A stretch of 64,000 nucleotides of DNA from Eledone cirrhosa (taxonomy: Eukaryota), in contig CAXHJY010001017.1 of NCBI GenBank assembly GCA_964016885.1, positions 29,531 through 93,530 of the forward strand, in the 5' to 3' direction. Shown piece by piece: positions 1-16,150 of this stretch. Position numbers and translations under genes: made by a program. The stretch's first letter is position 1. Every line of letters starts with the position of its first letter. Below the pieces are notes generated by a model. That model saw nothing but the letters and a program-made list of their open reading frames with translations. It searched no databases and was not told the origin of the DNA.

Positions 1-3965
<3,965 letters not shown>

Positions 3966-4037
3966 CCGAACTGAGGATCGCATAAGGTGAAACATTCGTT
4001 CTCAGATATGGTGAACTTACTGTTGTGGAACTACTTA

Positions 4038-4084
<47 letters not shown>

Positions 4085-4085
4085 T

Positions 4086-4206
4086 GGGGAAAATCGACTA
4101 ACTTTTAAATTCCATCTGTGATAACATTTTACACGTTTTTATTGTATGTAAACTTCCCCCTTTGTATTTGTCCCCTTCTTTTGTGCCCCTGTGGCTAATA
4201 AAGAAA
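4086..4206 (+). mobile_element. 5'-truncated 3' end of a Tx1-family LINE related to the downstream copy
   Basis: 4144-4206 (tatgtaaacttccccctttgtatttgtcccc...aataaagaaa) matches 9929-9990; preceded by (ATCT)n at 4039-4084. Confidence 0.8.
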
Positions 4207-4427
4207 TATATCTATCTATCTATTAATACACAAGATCTAGCTGTCGCTCTGTTTTGTTCAAATTTATTGAGGAAATTTTGTGAGTTCAAACTTAATTTTG
4301 ATACAATTGTGTAGCTTGACCCTCCGTCTGAACTGTCAGGCGGTGGGTCAGCTCATCTTTACCCCTCCTAGAGGTGAAAAACCTGTTTTAAAAATTTTGT
4401 GTAAAAAATTTCAATCGTCTAACAGAA

Positions 4428-6304
4428 ATGTTAAACGCAGCGAACGAAAATAGTGGTGGGGGGACAGCGGTAAGAGTTGTAAGCTCGCACGCTTTAGTCC
4501 TCCCTTCCTTCCCAACTAACGTCATAGAGAAGGAAGGAAAAATGAAAATAAAAACGGACGAATCTGCGGAGAAAAAATTAAATGACGAAAACAACGAAAA
4601 AAAAAATTTGAAAAATTGCATGACAATACTAATAACACAAACAAAGACACAACAAACAAAAAATAACAGTTGAAAATAACATCATATCAGAAAACAAAGC
4701 AGACGACAAGATTTCTTTTGCACAGAAAACAAAGAAATCTTTGACTTATATAGCGGAAAACATTTCAGATGTGGTACGAAGGATCACGGACGCAAAACAA
4801 TACATAAGTGAAGGTGAGATGGGTATTTTATTGGTAAAAATGCCTCAAGAATTCACGAAAGACATTGAAAGCCGAACGGTCAAGTTTCGGACCATCAACA
4901 ACAGTACAAAAAAACCTGAACAGCCTTCTCAAGCAGATATCAAAACAGTACTCGCAGAAGTACTGAATGAAACAACTTTCATAAGAAAAGACAGACTGTA
5001 TGGAAGCCTAGCAATTATCATGAAGAACGAATCGGCGGCAAAAAAATGTGCTTTGTCACCGATTCGTTCGAAAAATTTCACCTTTTATCCATCTTATATG
5101 GGAAAAAAAACTCAACGCATATGGCTGGATGCAATGATGCCAGATGTGGACTACTGCTGGCTCATAGCTGGCTTCATCGATCCAGTGAATGACAACGTGA
5201 TTTCCATTGGGAAAACCACAGGCAATGCGTTCAGTGGAACAGGTATAGAGCTGGTAGTACAAATGAAGCCTGAACGCATCGCCCAAATACCCGACAGAAT
5301 CCTATTAGAGGACCACGGGTATATAAACATTAGCGTGGAGGGGAGAAGGCCGTCCTGCCATATCTGTGCAGGCAGAGGGCACCTGAAGGCCGCTTGTCCA
5401 CAACTCAACAAAAAGAAAACTCTGCTACCAACACCAGCTCCACCACCACCACCACAACAGATAAACAAACAACAAAACTCAGTCCCACCCAACCCGTCCC
5501 TCAGTAACACCACAACACCACCACAACACAAACAGTCACAACACATTACCCCAAAACAAAATACAGGCCCACCCAACCTCTCACTCAATAAAACAACACA
5601 ACCACCGCAGACACAACACACAACACAGTCTAACATAGTGACATCCCATCTCCCCCACAAAGAAAACCAACACGGAAACATTACCAGCAAACATACCTCT
5701 TCCCTCCAACACTGAAGATAACCCAACGAATTCGGAGGAAGAAACGGAGTCCTTCAGACAGATTAAAAGGAAAAAAAGAAAACATGTGCAAAACACACAA
5801 GGACAAACAACCCCCACCCAAATCGCAACACAATCTAACAAAACAGAAAACACCCCTCCAGCAACAAACAAAACCAAACCTGCCCCTCCCCTCTTCGAAA
5901 CACTCACACCATCGGAAAAAAAGACATTACACTATACTTACATCAACAGAAACAATAATAAATTAAATGAACTCATATACAATAATCCTTCGGTACAAAC
6001 CGAAGGTGTAAACTTTGTTTCATCAGAAAACCACCCACATTTAAAACTAATAAAAATCCCAATGAACCTCTACCAAAAACTAAAAAAGGATTTTAAGGAG
6101 GACGTAGGACCACCCTCTGTCAAACCCATAAACCGCGTCCTACTAAAAAGCTTTCCCCCTCCCCTTCCCCTCCCCAACACAACTCCAAACACCCCAACCC
6201 CACCACACACCGACGACCCCACACCACCACAAGACACCCCTTCACCCAACACCCCCGACCCCATGGAAGTCGTGCAACCCGAACCCCGGGAAGCGGAAAG
6301 GTAG
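4428..6304 (+). pseudogene. Tx1 ORF1 (gag-like zinc-knuckle protein), split by two frameshifts
   Basis: Three consecutive ORFs in different frames (4428-4673, 4741-5715, 5786-6304); motif CHICAGRGHLKAAC (CX2CX4HX4C); Pro/Thr/Gln-rich tail. Confidence 0.8.
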
Positions 6305-6337
6305 GTCTCTACACTCTCCTTTGGCTCTGCCGCCCAC

Positions 6338-9300
6338 ATGGATGTGTTAAGAGTAGGATGTTTGAATGCACGTGGCCTGGGCTCAACTTGGAAGCAAGCA
6401 AAGCTTCTAAATGACCTCAGGTCATGTAGTATAAATGTAATGGTTATCTGTGAGACTCGAATCAGCGTCATGCGGCAGCTGGCCCCCACCTTCGATGACT
6501 TTGAGGTGCATGCATCTCTCTGTCAACCTGGAGGTGGGGGTGGGGTTGTCGTGCTGCTGCAAAAACACCTGGGTCTTGCCGTACAGGTTGTGCACTCGGA
6601 CCCGGAGGGTCGTTTGTTGGTGCTAGACGTTGGCAGTAGTGAAAGTGCGGCCTTGAGACTGGTCGCCGTCTACTCCCCTTTCGGAGCTGAACGGCCCGAC
6701 TTCTTCCAGCGTTTGGAGACTTTTCTGGGAACGTCGCGTTCCCTGCTTCTAGCGGGGGATTGGAATGACATCCTGGATGCACATTGGGACTATGCAGGAG
6801 CATGTCCTAATAGAGGGGGGTGTAACAGCCTCAAGGGGTTACTCGACCGTTTTAACTTGGTCGATAGATATCGACTAGATTTTCCAACTGTGCCTACCTG
6901 GACTTGGAGAAACCACAGTGGTCAATCTAGATCGTACTTAGATAGATTCTTAGTTAGAAGTAAGGATAGGGACATATTAAGCTGTCCAGAAATGCGCACG
7001 GTTGGCTACACGGATCACAAATTAGTGACCTGCGTGGTCAATCTCGAGAAAACACATAGACAGGGTCCCGGTTACTGGAAACTTAATTTGTTTTTACCGG
7101 CAAAAGAGACTTACAGAAACCGGATTAGCAGATTAGTTAAGGAGAGGTTGACGGGTGCAATCGTCAACAACCGATGGTGGGCATCTCTCAAAAGAGAGAT
7201 TAGAACAGAATCAATAAGTTATAGCAAGATGTTAGCTGCCAATAGGAATAGAAACGAGAAAGAATTAACAGGTAAATTAGAAGAGGCAATCAAGAGCGAA
7301 GATGTGGCCAGAGTGCTGGCATCGAGGACGGCCTTGAACCAGTTTTTCGATGCAAAGCATGAAGGCTGCGTCATTCGAAGTAAAATACGTGCTCTAGGTA
7401 ATGAGGGGGCCAAAGCCGTTGGATGGGCCCGCGTGACAGAAGCTAAAAGTGGAAATCGATCCACCATCCGGTCGTTGCAAGACGAAGATGGACGAGTGAT
7501 CCGGGAGCCTAAGCAGATGTGCGAGGCCTTTCAAAAGCACTTTGCCCGATTGTTCGGGGGAGGCGAGGGTCCGGGCCGGGGCGTGGATTTCGGTCCATAC
7601 CTCGACGGCCTGCCGCGTCTCTCGAACAAAGAGGCAGAGTCCTGCGAGGGACCAATCTCGGCTGATGAGATCGGAGATGCGCTGAGCCAATGCAGCAGAC
7701 GCAAATCTCCAGGTCTCGATGGTATACCTTACGAACTTTATTTAGCAATGCCGGTCTTCTTCTCCGAACTCCTCGAAGCGGTCTACTGCAATTGGCAGCA
7801 GAACGGGAGAATTCCTTGTTCTGTAGCCAAGGGCGTAGTCACGCTGGTGAGGAAGGACGAGAACAAGGGGGATAGTATAAATAATTTTCGGCCCATAACC
7901 CTGCTAAACACAGAGTTAAAGATTTTGGCCAAGGTGTTAGCAAAGAGGTTGGCGCTTGTCGTGGGTGGCCTGGTGGGAGATGCGCAGACATGTGCTATCC
8001 CATCCAGGTCCATTCACGATAACCTCCACCTCATGCGATACATCATAGAGAGGGTTGGCAACAAACCCGGCTTCGGTGGGGCCCTGATCAACTTGGATCA
8101 GTCTAAGGCCTTCGATAGGGTCGACCATGGTTACCTGGATGCGGTGCTAGCGGCGGCTGGGTTCGGTCCTGTTTTCAGAGGCTGGATCACTGCCCTACAT
8201 AGCAACCACATCTGTTCTAGGATCAAGGTGAACGGCTACCTTTCGAAGCCGTTCGAAATCACACGATCCATTCGACAGGGGTGCCCTCTCTCCTCCCTTC
8301 TGTACGTATTGACTCTCGAGCCTTTACTGAGGAAGTTGGAGTTGTTGCAGGGTATCCCCCTGGAACCAGGATTGAGCAAAGCGGTGTCGGCCTACGCCGA
8401 TGACGTAACAGTAATGGTATCAACCGACTCGGAGATCGAGGCGATCGGTACCTTACTGGAGGAGTACGAAAGGTTGTCAGGAGCGAAACTGAACCGGGAA
8501 AAATCCATCGGGCTGCAACTCGGAACGTGGAGAGGCAAACCGATGCCTCCTGACGGTGTCGTCGGACACTGGACGGAGGGCCCGGTAAAGTTGCTTGGGG
8601 TCTGGTTTGGACCGGACCTCCAGGTGGAAAAGAACTGGAACGAGGTTACGAACAAGGTGTTTGCACTAACCCAGAAATGGGCCAAGTGTAAGCTGTCCCT
8701 AAAAGGCCGGGCGGAGGTGGCGAACATTTACATAGCGTCCGTCACTTACTACCGCCTGACTGTCGTGCCTTGCCCTAAGGAAACACTCACCACCATGGAA
8801 CGCATGCTCTTCCAATTTCTTTGGAAGAAGCGTCCTCCTATGGTGAGAAGATCCATCTGCTGCCAACAACCTTCGAAAGGAGGGCTGGGGATGCCGTGGT
8901 TGATGATGCGTAGGCACGCATTAAGGCTACGGCACCTACAGGTATTCCTCACTGGTCAACCGGTGTGGGCTCCGTTCGTGAAACGAGCCTTTCCGAGACT
9001 CATCTCACTCACCGAGCTACAGTCCTGGGTCAAGCAAAGATCCGGAAAACTGGGAGACTGGCACACTGAGTGTGCTCAGGCGCTCAGGGCTCTCTGGCAA
9101 GCGGGCCGGGCCATCGGTGGAGAATCCACCTCATCATTCTATAGAGGGCTGGTGGCTAGCAGGGGCGATGACACCCTTGGAGAGTCGCTGGACATGGAGG
9201 AAGACGAACTGGCCAGCCTGTTCGGTAGGACTTTCGGCCCAGGACCAATGGACAACTTCCAGAAGTCACTGGCCTGGCAGTGCTACCGAGGGGCTCTACC

Positions 9301-9775
9301 CGTTCGAGAGAGGCTCTACAGACACGGGCGCCCGGGCAGGGATCCCTCAAAAAAGATTTGCCCTAGATGTGTGCGTCACGAAGAAACCGTGGCGCACGCA
9401 TTGGTGCAATGTCCGGGCGTGGCTGATCTGTGGGGCTACGCCGAACAACTGCTGTCGCGGGTGGCGCCGATTAAATTGACCGCCGAGTCCGTGATGACAA
9501 TCAAACCGCCTCCCCTCTTCACAAAGGAAGCAAAGGCGGTTTTTCTGTGCGTAATAGCCATGTTGAAAGAGGTTGTTTGGTGGACACGATTGAAAGGTCT
9601 GAGGTCAGGCAACTTCCTCTCTGGCCATAGTCTGGTCTACTTCTTCCGATATCACTTCGGAAGAAGGATAAGAATGGAGAGAGAGGTGCTTGGCCACAGG
9701 CAGTTTTATGAAAGGTGGGTGATAGTGGCGAGAATGGCTCGTGTAAATGGGCCTTCTCTGTATACCATCCTGTAG
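6338..9775 (+). CDS. Tx1/L1 ORF2: APE endonuclease, reverse transcriptase and C-terminal zinc finger (1145 aa, uninterrupted)
   Basis: APE motifs LNARGL, ET, GDWN, LDRF, TDH; RT motifs SPGLDG, FRPITLLN, DQSKAFDRV, RQGCPLS, YADD; C-terminal CPRC..HALVQC. Confidence 0.96.
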   Translation: MDVLRVGCLNARGLGSTWKQAKLLNDLRSCSINVMVICETRISVMRQLAPTFDDFEVHASLCQPGGGGGVVVLLQKHLGLAVQVVHSDPEGRLLVLDVGSSESAALRLVAVYSPFGAERPDFFQRLETFLGTSRSLLLAGDWNDILDAHWDYAGACPNRGGCNSLKGLLDRFNLVDRYRLDFPTVPTWTWRNHSGQSRSYLDRFLVRSKDRDILSCPEMRTVGYTDHKLVTCVVNLEKTHRQGPGYWKLNLFLPAKETYRNRISRLVKERLTGAIVNNRWWASLKREIRTESISYSKMLAANRNRNEKELTGKLEEAIKSEDVARVLASRTALNQFFDAKHEGCVIRSKIRALGNEGAKAVGWARVTEAKSGNRSTIRSLQDEDGRVIREPKQMCEAFQKHFARLFGGGEGPGRGVDFGPYLDGLPRLSNKEAESCEGPISADEIGDALSQCSRRKSPGLDGIPYELYLAMPVFFSELLEAVYCNWQQNGRIPCSVAKGVVTLVRKDENKGDSINNFRPITLLNTELKILAKVLAKRLALVVGGLVGDAQTCAIPSRSIHDNLHLMRYIIERVGNKPGFGGALINLDQSKAFDRVDHGYLDAVLAAAGFGPVFRGWITALHSNHICSRIKVNGYLSKPFEITRSIRQGCPLSSLLYVLTLEPLLRKLELLQGIPLEPGLSKAVSAYADDVTVMVSTDSEIEAIGTLLEEYERLSGAKLNREKSIGLQLGTWRGKPMPPDGVVGHWTEGPVKLLGVWFGPDLQVEKNWNEVTNKVFALTQKWAKCKLSLKGRAEVANIYIASVTYYRLTVVPCPKETLTTMERMLFQFLWKKRPPMVRRSICCQQPSKGGLGMPWLMMRRHALRLRHLQVFLTGQPVWAPFVKRAFPRLISLTELQSWVKQRSGKLGDWHTECAQALRALWQAGRAIGGESTSSFYRGLVASRGDDTLGESLDMEEDELASLFGRTFGPGPMDNFQKSLAWQCYRGALPVRERLYRHGRPGRDPSKKICPRCVRHEETVAHALVQCPGVADLWGYAEQLLSRVAPIKLTAESVMTIKPPPLFTKEAKAVFLCVIAMLKEVVWWTRLKGLRSGNFLSGHSLVYFFRYHFGRRIRMEREVLGHRQFYERWVIVARMARVNGPSLYTIL

Positions 9776-10227
9776 GTAAAGAAGTAAAGGAGAGGGGAGC
9801 ACCTTCTCCATGTGCTCCCCGGGCAAAGGATTGCACACTTTTTCGGGGGTGTGTGCAACCCCCATCACGTCCCCTCCCTTTTGAGGTTATTTTCGATTAT
9901 TTTCATGTTACACCCTTTTTACTCGATTATATGTAAACTCCCCCTTTGTATTTGTCCCTTCTTTTTATGCCTTTATGGTAAATAAAGAAATCTATCTATC
10001 TATTAATACACACACATTTATATATGTATCTCTCTCCCTCTACACACACACTCACACATACACACAGTCAGCCACTCTTACCCACACCCTTGTGCTAAAT
10101 TAGTTCAGATCAATCACAGTTCTAATTACAATCTCTTCTGATTAGTTGATGTGGTAACAAAATGAGGCGGCAGAGATAGGAGATTGTAAACACACCTTCT
10201 GTAGAATGATAATAATAGTAATAATCG

Positions 10228-10910
10228 TTTTTACTTTTGGCACAAGGCCAGTAAATACCCCAATGTATTACTGGTACTTTCTTTTATCGACCCTGTAAGG
10301 ATGACTGGCAAAGTTAACCTCGAATAATAATTTCTACTTTTGGCACAAGGCCAGCAATTACCTCAGTGTATTACTGGTACTTTCTTTATCGACCCCGTAA
10401 GGACGACTGGCAAAGTTAACCTCGAATAATAATTTCTACTTTTGGCACAAGGCCAGCAATTACCTCAGTGTATTACTGGTAGTTTCTTTTATCGACCCTA
10501 TAAGGATGAAAGGCAAAGTTAACCTCGAATAATATTTGTTTCTACTTTTAGCACAAGGCCTGCAATTTCCCCCAGTGTATTACTGGTACTTTCTTTTATC
10601 GACCCCGTAAGGATGAAAGGCAAAGTTAACTTCGGCGTGATTTGAACTCGGTCCATAATAATGATAATAATAATAATTGCTTCTACTTTAGTCACAAGGC
10701 CAGCAATTTGAAGGGGAGAGTAAACTCGATGAATAAAGTACCAGTGAATTACTGGTACTATATTTATCGACCCTCGTAAGGATGAAAGGCAAAGCTACCA
10801 TCAATCGGGTAATAATTAGAATTGTTTCTGTTTTAGGTTTAGGCACAAGGCCAGCAATTTTGGATGAGGGGAAAATCAATGAAATCGATCCTAGTGTATT
10901 ACTGGTACTT
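10228..10910 (-). mobile_element. Tandem array of 3' fragments of tRNA-derived SINE family 1 (~103-bp period in the first four units)
   Basis: Repeated ttctacttttggcacaaggccagcaatt...tactggtac...atcgacccc..aaggatgaaaggcaaagttaacctcg. Confidence 0.85.
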
Positions 10911-11338
10911 TATAACAGACTCTATAACTAGTCGCCGCCCCTTCATTTTCTTCTCCCTTCACTACCACCACCTTTCACCCACCAGTTCCACAGATTATAT
11001 AACTAATCAGCCCACCACCATCACCATCACATTCACCACCATCATCCCCAACTCCACCACCCTCACCATCACATCCACCACCAACACCATCACCATCACG
11101 CACACCCACCACCATCACCACCACCACCATCACACCCACCACCATCACCACCACCACCACCTTCCTCCCACTATTCCCATAGACTCTATAACTAGTCCAC
11201 CACAACTACCAGCACCACCACCACCACAACCACAACAACAACACTTTGTAATTAAAGTATCAATCAGATATTTAATCTCAGAATTGTGGCTTCCTACATT
11301 TTATTTTTCCTTCCAAATATATTACCACCACAGACGTG

Positions 11339-11402
<64 letters not shown>

Positions 11403-11416
11403 TATTCTTATATATA

Positions 11417-11529
<113 letters not shown>

Positions 11530-11577
11530 CTTATATGTATATATATACTGTATATATTTATTAAAATAACAGATTAA

Positions 11578-11628
11578 AGTTTAAGCAAAGAATCGCTGCT
11601 TTCACCCTTAACGGGATCTTCTGAAACT
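11578..11628 (-). ncRNA. Hammerhead-like motif with CAGAAGA (U4A) core; identical copies at 48701-48751 and 60920-60970
   Basis: Minus strand: AGUUU-CAGAAGA-uCCCguuaaGGGu-GAA-AGCA..UGCU-U-AAACU. Confidence 0.6.
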
Positions 11629-11779
11629 AAAAACATCAATCTGTGAACGCAGAACGAAATATTTCGAGAAACGTTGCAACCGAACGAAAACAGGAAGACG
11701 ATATTTTGGTTCGTGAAGACGTTCCCTGGCAATGAACGGAAAAAAGCGAAGATAATACTCCTGGGTTCAATTGGGATTA

Positions 11780-11970
11780 GCCACAGTAAGTAAGGTACTC
11801 AATACGTTAGTAGAGTATAAACATGTTTAATATAGAAATGGCTTCTGGAGGACTAGAACGATTTCGTTCGAAAGATAACATCAATTTACAAGGACAGTTG
11901 GCTTTCCTGGTGATTTGTTTTCAATAAAACATTTCTAGTCCCGTAGAAGCCATTTCTATGTCAAACATGA
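11780..11970. mobile_element. Decayed fold-back PLE terminus (GUA-hammerhead family)
   Basis: Inverted arms 11820-11865 and 11928-11970; homologous to 53701-53892, 24445-24560 and 44015-44148; core mutated to ctggtga...aaa. Confidence 0.65.
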
Positions 11971-12173
11971 TATATATTAGCACAGCATAAGTTCGACGAG
12001 ATTTTGATTCCAGAATCGGCCTAGATCGATACAGATCGAACCTTGAGCTGATCAATAGCGAAACGTGCGTCACTCCTCAATAAACGTAATGAAGATATAA
12101 CAAATCGTCCTTCTTATATATACATATATAATGAGTCGACGGACCCAGCATATTTATCAATGTCAGGACCGGT

Positions 12174-12227
<54 letters not shown>

Positions 12228-12655
12228 AATTAAAAAATAGAGCTAGAAGCCACGACTATCCATCAGCAGTGATCTTCTGGCCATCACAGGCATTTCTTCG
12301 CATTAAAGATCAGATACCTCAGGCCAGCGCGCGCAATAACTATAAGTTATTGGGATAAAAAGAATTGGGTGGAGTAAGAAAGACATGTAAACAAAACAAG
12401 AATGGTGAGGCAACGTAAAGAGTGGAAAAATGAGAAACAAGTCAGTGATACAAGTGAATATAAGATCTAGCGAATCATTGACAAAAAGACGACAGACTCA
12501 TCTAAGACAAGCGAAATGTGAGCGAGAAAAGAATTTCACACGAGTCAGACATGAGGAGTGAGAGAGGGTGAGTAGCAGAGAGTGAGTGAGTGAAAGTGTG
12601 AGGAAGAGGCTAGCCGAGAGAGATATATATATGCATATATATATATGTATATCTA

Positions 12656-12701
<46 letters not shown>

Positions 12702-12843
12702 TATATATATATATATATGCATATATATATATATATATATCTATGCATATATATACATATATATATATGCATATATATATGCATATATATATATATATAT
12801 ACATATATATATGCATATATATATATATATATACATATATATA

Positions 12844-12881
<38 letters not shown>

Positions 12882-12908
12882 TATATGCATATATATATAT
12901 ATATATGC

Positions 12909-12942
<34 letters not shown>

Positions 12943-13138
12943 GCATATATATATATATATATACATATATATATGCATATATATATATATATATATATAT
13001 GCATATATATATATATATATATATGCATATATATACATATAGTATGCTAGGGAAAGGATCAGGGGTGTATAACACTCCACTTATCCAGCAGGCAGTATGA
13101 GGTTAGCTCAATGTCTGAGGACAGAGCCGTAATATAAT

Positions 13139-13321
13139 TGGCGGCAGGTTGCTAAATCCCATCCATATACTCCTCATAGTAGAGTATGCAACCTGTGCCT
13201 TGCCGAATCCCACTCTATTATATTTGCTAAATGCCCTCTACTAAATAGAAAGTCTGAAATTTTTTCCTCTTGCCCCCACCGAATATTAAGCTCTTTCTTC
13301 TACTTTAAACCTGTTAGCTAG
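13139..13321 (+). pseudogene. C-terminal remnant of a PLE GIY-YIG endonuclease
   Basis: Manual translation WRQVAKSHPYTPHSRVCNLCLAESHSIIFAKCPLLNRKSEIFSSCPHR..., matching the PLE pattern W..PY..CNLC..E..LN.RSE....C.H. Confidence 0.75.
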
Positions 13322-14932
13322 CACGTCCTTATTCCTCCAGTTGGGCTGTCTTGTGTAACTGTCTCTGACTGAGTGTAACTGTCTCCTAATGTTGGTCGTC
13401 TATGTATACGAGTCTGTGAATGTATACGTATGCCTGTGGGAGGATATTGATCTTGATATTGGGGTGTGCAGGGGAGTGTATGTTAATAAGCACCCCTGTT
13501 TGGTACAGTGGATGTAACCCATCCACGCTGGCCTACCCACCATTAGTGCATTGGTGGACCTATCCTGACGTATATCTTGTTGATCTGTACCTCTGTATGC
13601 GCATGAGTTGTGATGTAATGTATTTATGTAAAGCGTGTACTGTGATTTAGGCTGCACTAGTAGAAATTTAGCCTGTAACTGTGGCGGACCCGTGCCATCC
13701 TGCCGTAAGCAGTGGATACGTGGCGCATATATGTGTTGCCCTCATATTCTGTGGTTCAAGATCTACAGGTGACCTCTGGGAACTCTTACCCGGGGTTGTA
13801 GTCTTTCTAGCACGATCGGCCTTCCTTATATTGACGGTCGTTTTTATGATCCCGAAAGTAACGTTTTGGCCCCGATGGCCCTCCGTAGTTACTAACGGTC
13901 TGTGTACACTCGAATCGGTCAATGGCACGTGCAGACATGAATATCTCCGTAGGATTTCAACTTTATTTTAATACATCTCATCGTATGTATTTGTTTTGAA
14001 TATATTACCTGTGGTGGTGGGTCTGATCTAATGTGGTATTTCGGTGTTTAATATTTAATATTGTATTTAATATCGTATTTAATATCGGCTTTGACCCGGG
14101 TGTCCTACGCTGTGTGTGTGTGCGTGTGTGCCCGTGTATACATTTATATGTGTATGGGTGTAGGTGGTTATATGTGTCTGTGTGTATATATAAAAATATA
14201 TATATATATATATATGTATACCGTCTCTGCATGTGCATGTGGTGTGTATACGTGCATATATGTACTGAACATATTGATGTGTATAATCTTGTGATGTCCC
14301 AATGCGGTGACTTAATGGCTCTTGAAGCTATCTTTTTATATTTTGTATGCGCTACAACTGTATCTGCTTGCTTTAAACTCACGCTTGCTAATGCATGTGA
14401 ATTCTTCTACCTCCTTTGATGCACCTCTCTGACCATTTGACTCCTGCCTGTGTTGAACCGGTTTGTGATTACCCCACCGCTCGAGTGATACTGGTGACTG
14501 TGACACTTAGCGCCTTCGTGGGCCCCTGATGTTTTCAAGAAATGTATTTAAAAAAAAAATTGGTGTGTGAACCGGTTTGTGATTACCCCACCGCTCAACT
14601 GTGTGAATGCACACCCATGACTTTCGAGTGAACTTTCGAGACTGCCCAACCTGGGACGCCTCCATTGCCTTGCAATGGTCAAGTGATACTGGTGACTGTG
14701 ACACTTAGTGCCTTCGTGGGCCCCTGATGTTTTCAAGAAATATATTTTGAAAAATTGAAAAATTGGTCAAGTGATACACATAACTGTGACATTTAGTGCC
14801 TACGTGGGCCCCTGATATATTCAAGAGATATATTCTAAAAAAATATATATCTTATCTCAATTTACTTTATTTCATTTTATTTTATTTCATTTCATGTTAT
14901 CTAATTTTATTTATTTACTTACTTGACTCCAT

Positions 14933-14979
<47 letters not shown>

Positions 14980-15608
14980 TATTTAAATTTAGATTTTAAT
15001 TTTAAAATTTTAAAATTTAAATTTAAATTTTATTTATTTATTTATTTATTTAATTACATTTAATTATACATATAATTATAATTACACATTTGATTTTAAT
15101 TTTAATTTAGTCTATGTTATTTGATTTTAGTTTACCTTATTTTATCTTATTTTACGATTATACTATATTATGTTCTATGTATATAATTTTTAATTTTTAA
15201 TTGTATATTATTTTTATCTCATTCCTTACCCTTTATTTTATATTTTATATGTAAGTTTGTTATGTATTTCTTTGTATTTCTTTTTATATATATTATAAGT
15301 CTGTTTTTTACCTATTTTTTACCTATTTTTTACCTACTCTTACCTAATCCCATTATCTTATCTACTCTTGTCTGTTCTCTTATCCATGTGTCTACTCTTG
15401 TCTGTTCTCTTATCCATGTGTATGCTTGTATGTAACTATATGTTGACAGCACACCGCCCAACTGTGACAGATAGCACCCCTTATTTTTATTTTTATTTTT
15501 ATTTTTACTTTTATTTTTATTTTTTTATTCGTATCCTCTATCGTCTATTATTACCTTTCATTCTTCAATGTCTTGGATTTGTTATTGCTTGTATGGTATG
15601 TAATTAAC

Positions 15609-15666
15609 CTTTATGCTCTGATGAGTCCCACTTATAGTGTGGATGAAACAATGTTAGCAAGTAAAG
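15609..15666 (+). ncRNA. Type I hammerhead ribozyme (GUU site)
   Basis: UGCU-CUGAUGA-GUCC..GGAU-GAA-ACAaUGU-U-AGCA. Confidence 0.8.
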
Positions 15667-15953
15667 ATATGCATATGCTATAAGCGTTCTTTGTTATTTA
15701 TTTATTATATATATACATATATATATATATGCATATATATACATATAAATATATATATATATATATATGCATATATATATATATGCATATATATACATAT
15801 ATATATATATATGCATATATATATATATATATATGCATATATATATATATATATATGCATATATATATATATATGCATATATATACATATATATATATAT
15901 GCATATATATACATATATATATATATATACATATATATATGCATATATATACA

Positions 15954-15995
<42 letters not shown>

Positions 15996-16069
15996 CATAT
16001 ATATATGCATATATATACATATATATATATATATACATATATATATGCATATATATACATATATATATA

Positions 16070-16150
<81 letters not shown>

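Larger units (their letters stand above)
4233..9990 (+). mobile_element. Near full-length L1/Tx1-clade non-LTR retrotransposon
   Basis: ORF1 with CCHC knuckle plus APE-RT ORF2; AATAAA at the 3' end; 22-bp target site duplication (TSD) tctatctatctattaatacaca at 4211-4232 and 9991-10012. Confidence 0.95.
13044..15700 (+). mobile_element. 5'-truncated Penelope-like retroelement (endonuclease C-terminus, long 3' UTR, hammerhead)
   Basis: Bounded by (TA)n; coding remnant at the 5' end and HHR at the 3' end on the same strand. Confidence 0.75.

Noticed and set aside
3961-4005. ctgagga...gaaac hammerhead candidate (also 12030-12095, 35140-35175 and 43980-44012)
   Set aside because: Core or NUH site incomplete; probably decayed motifs, so not called.
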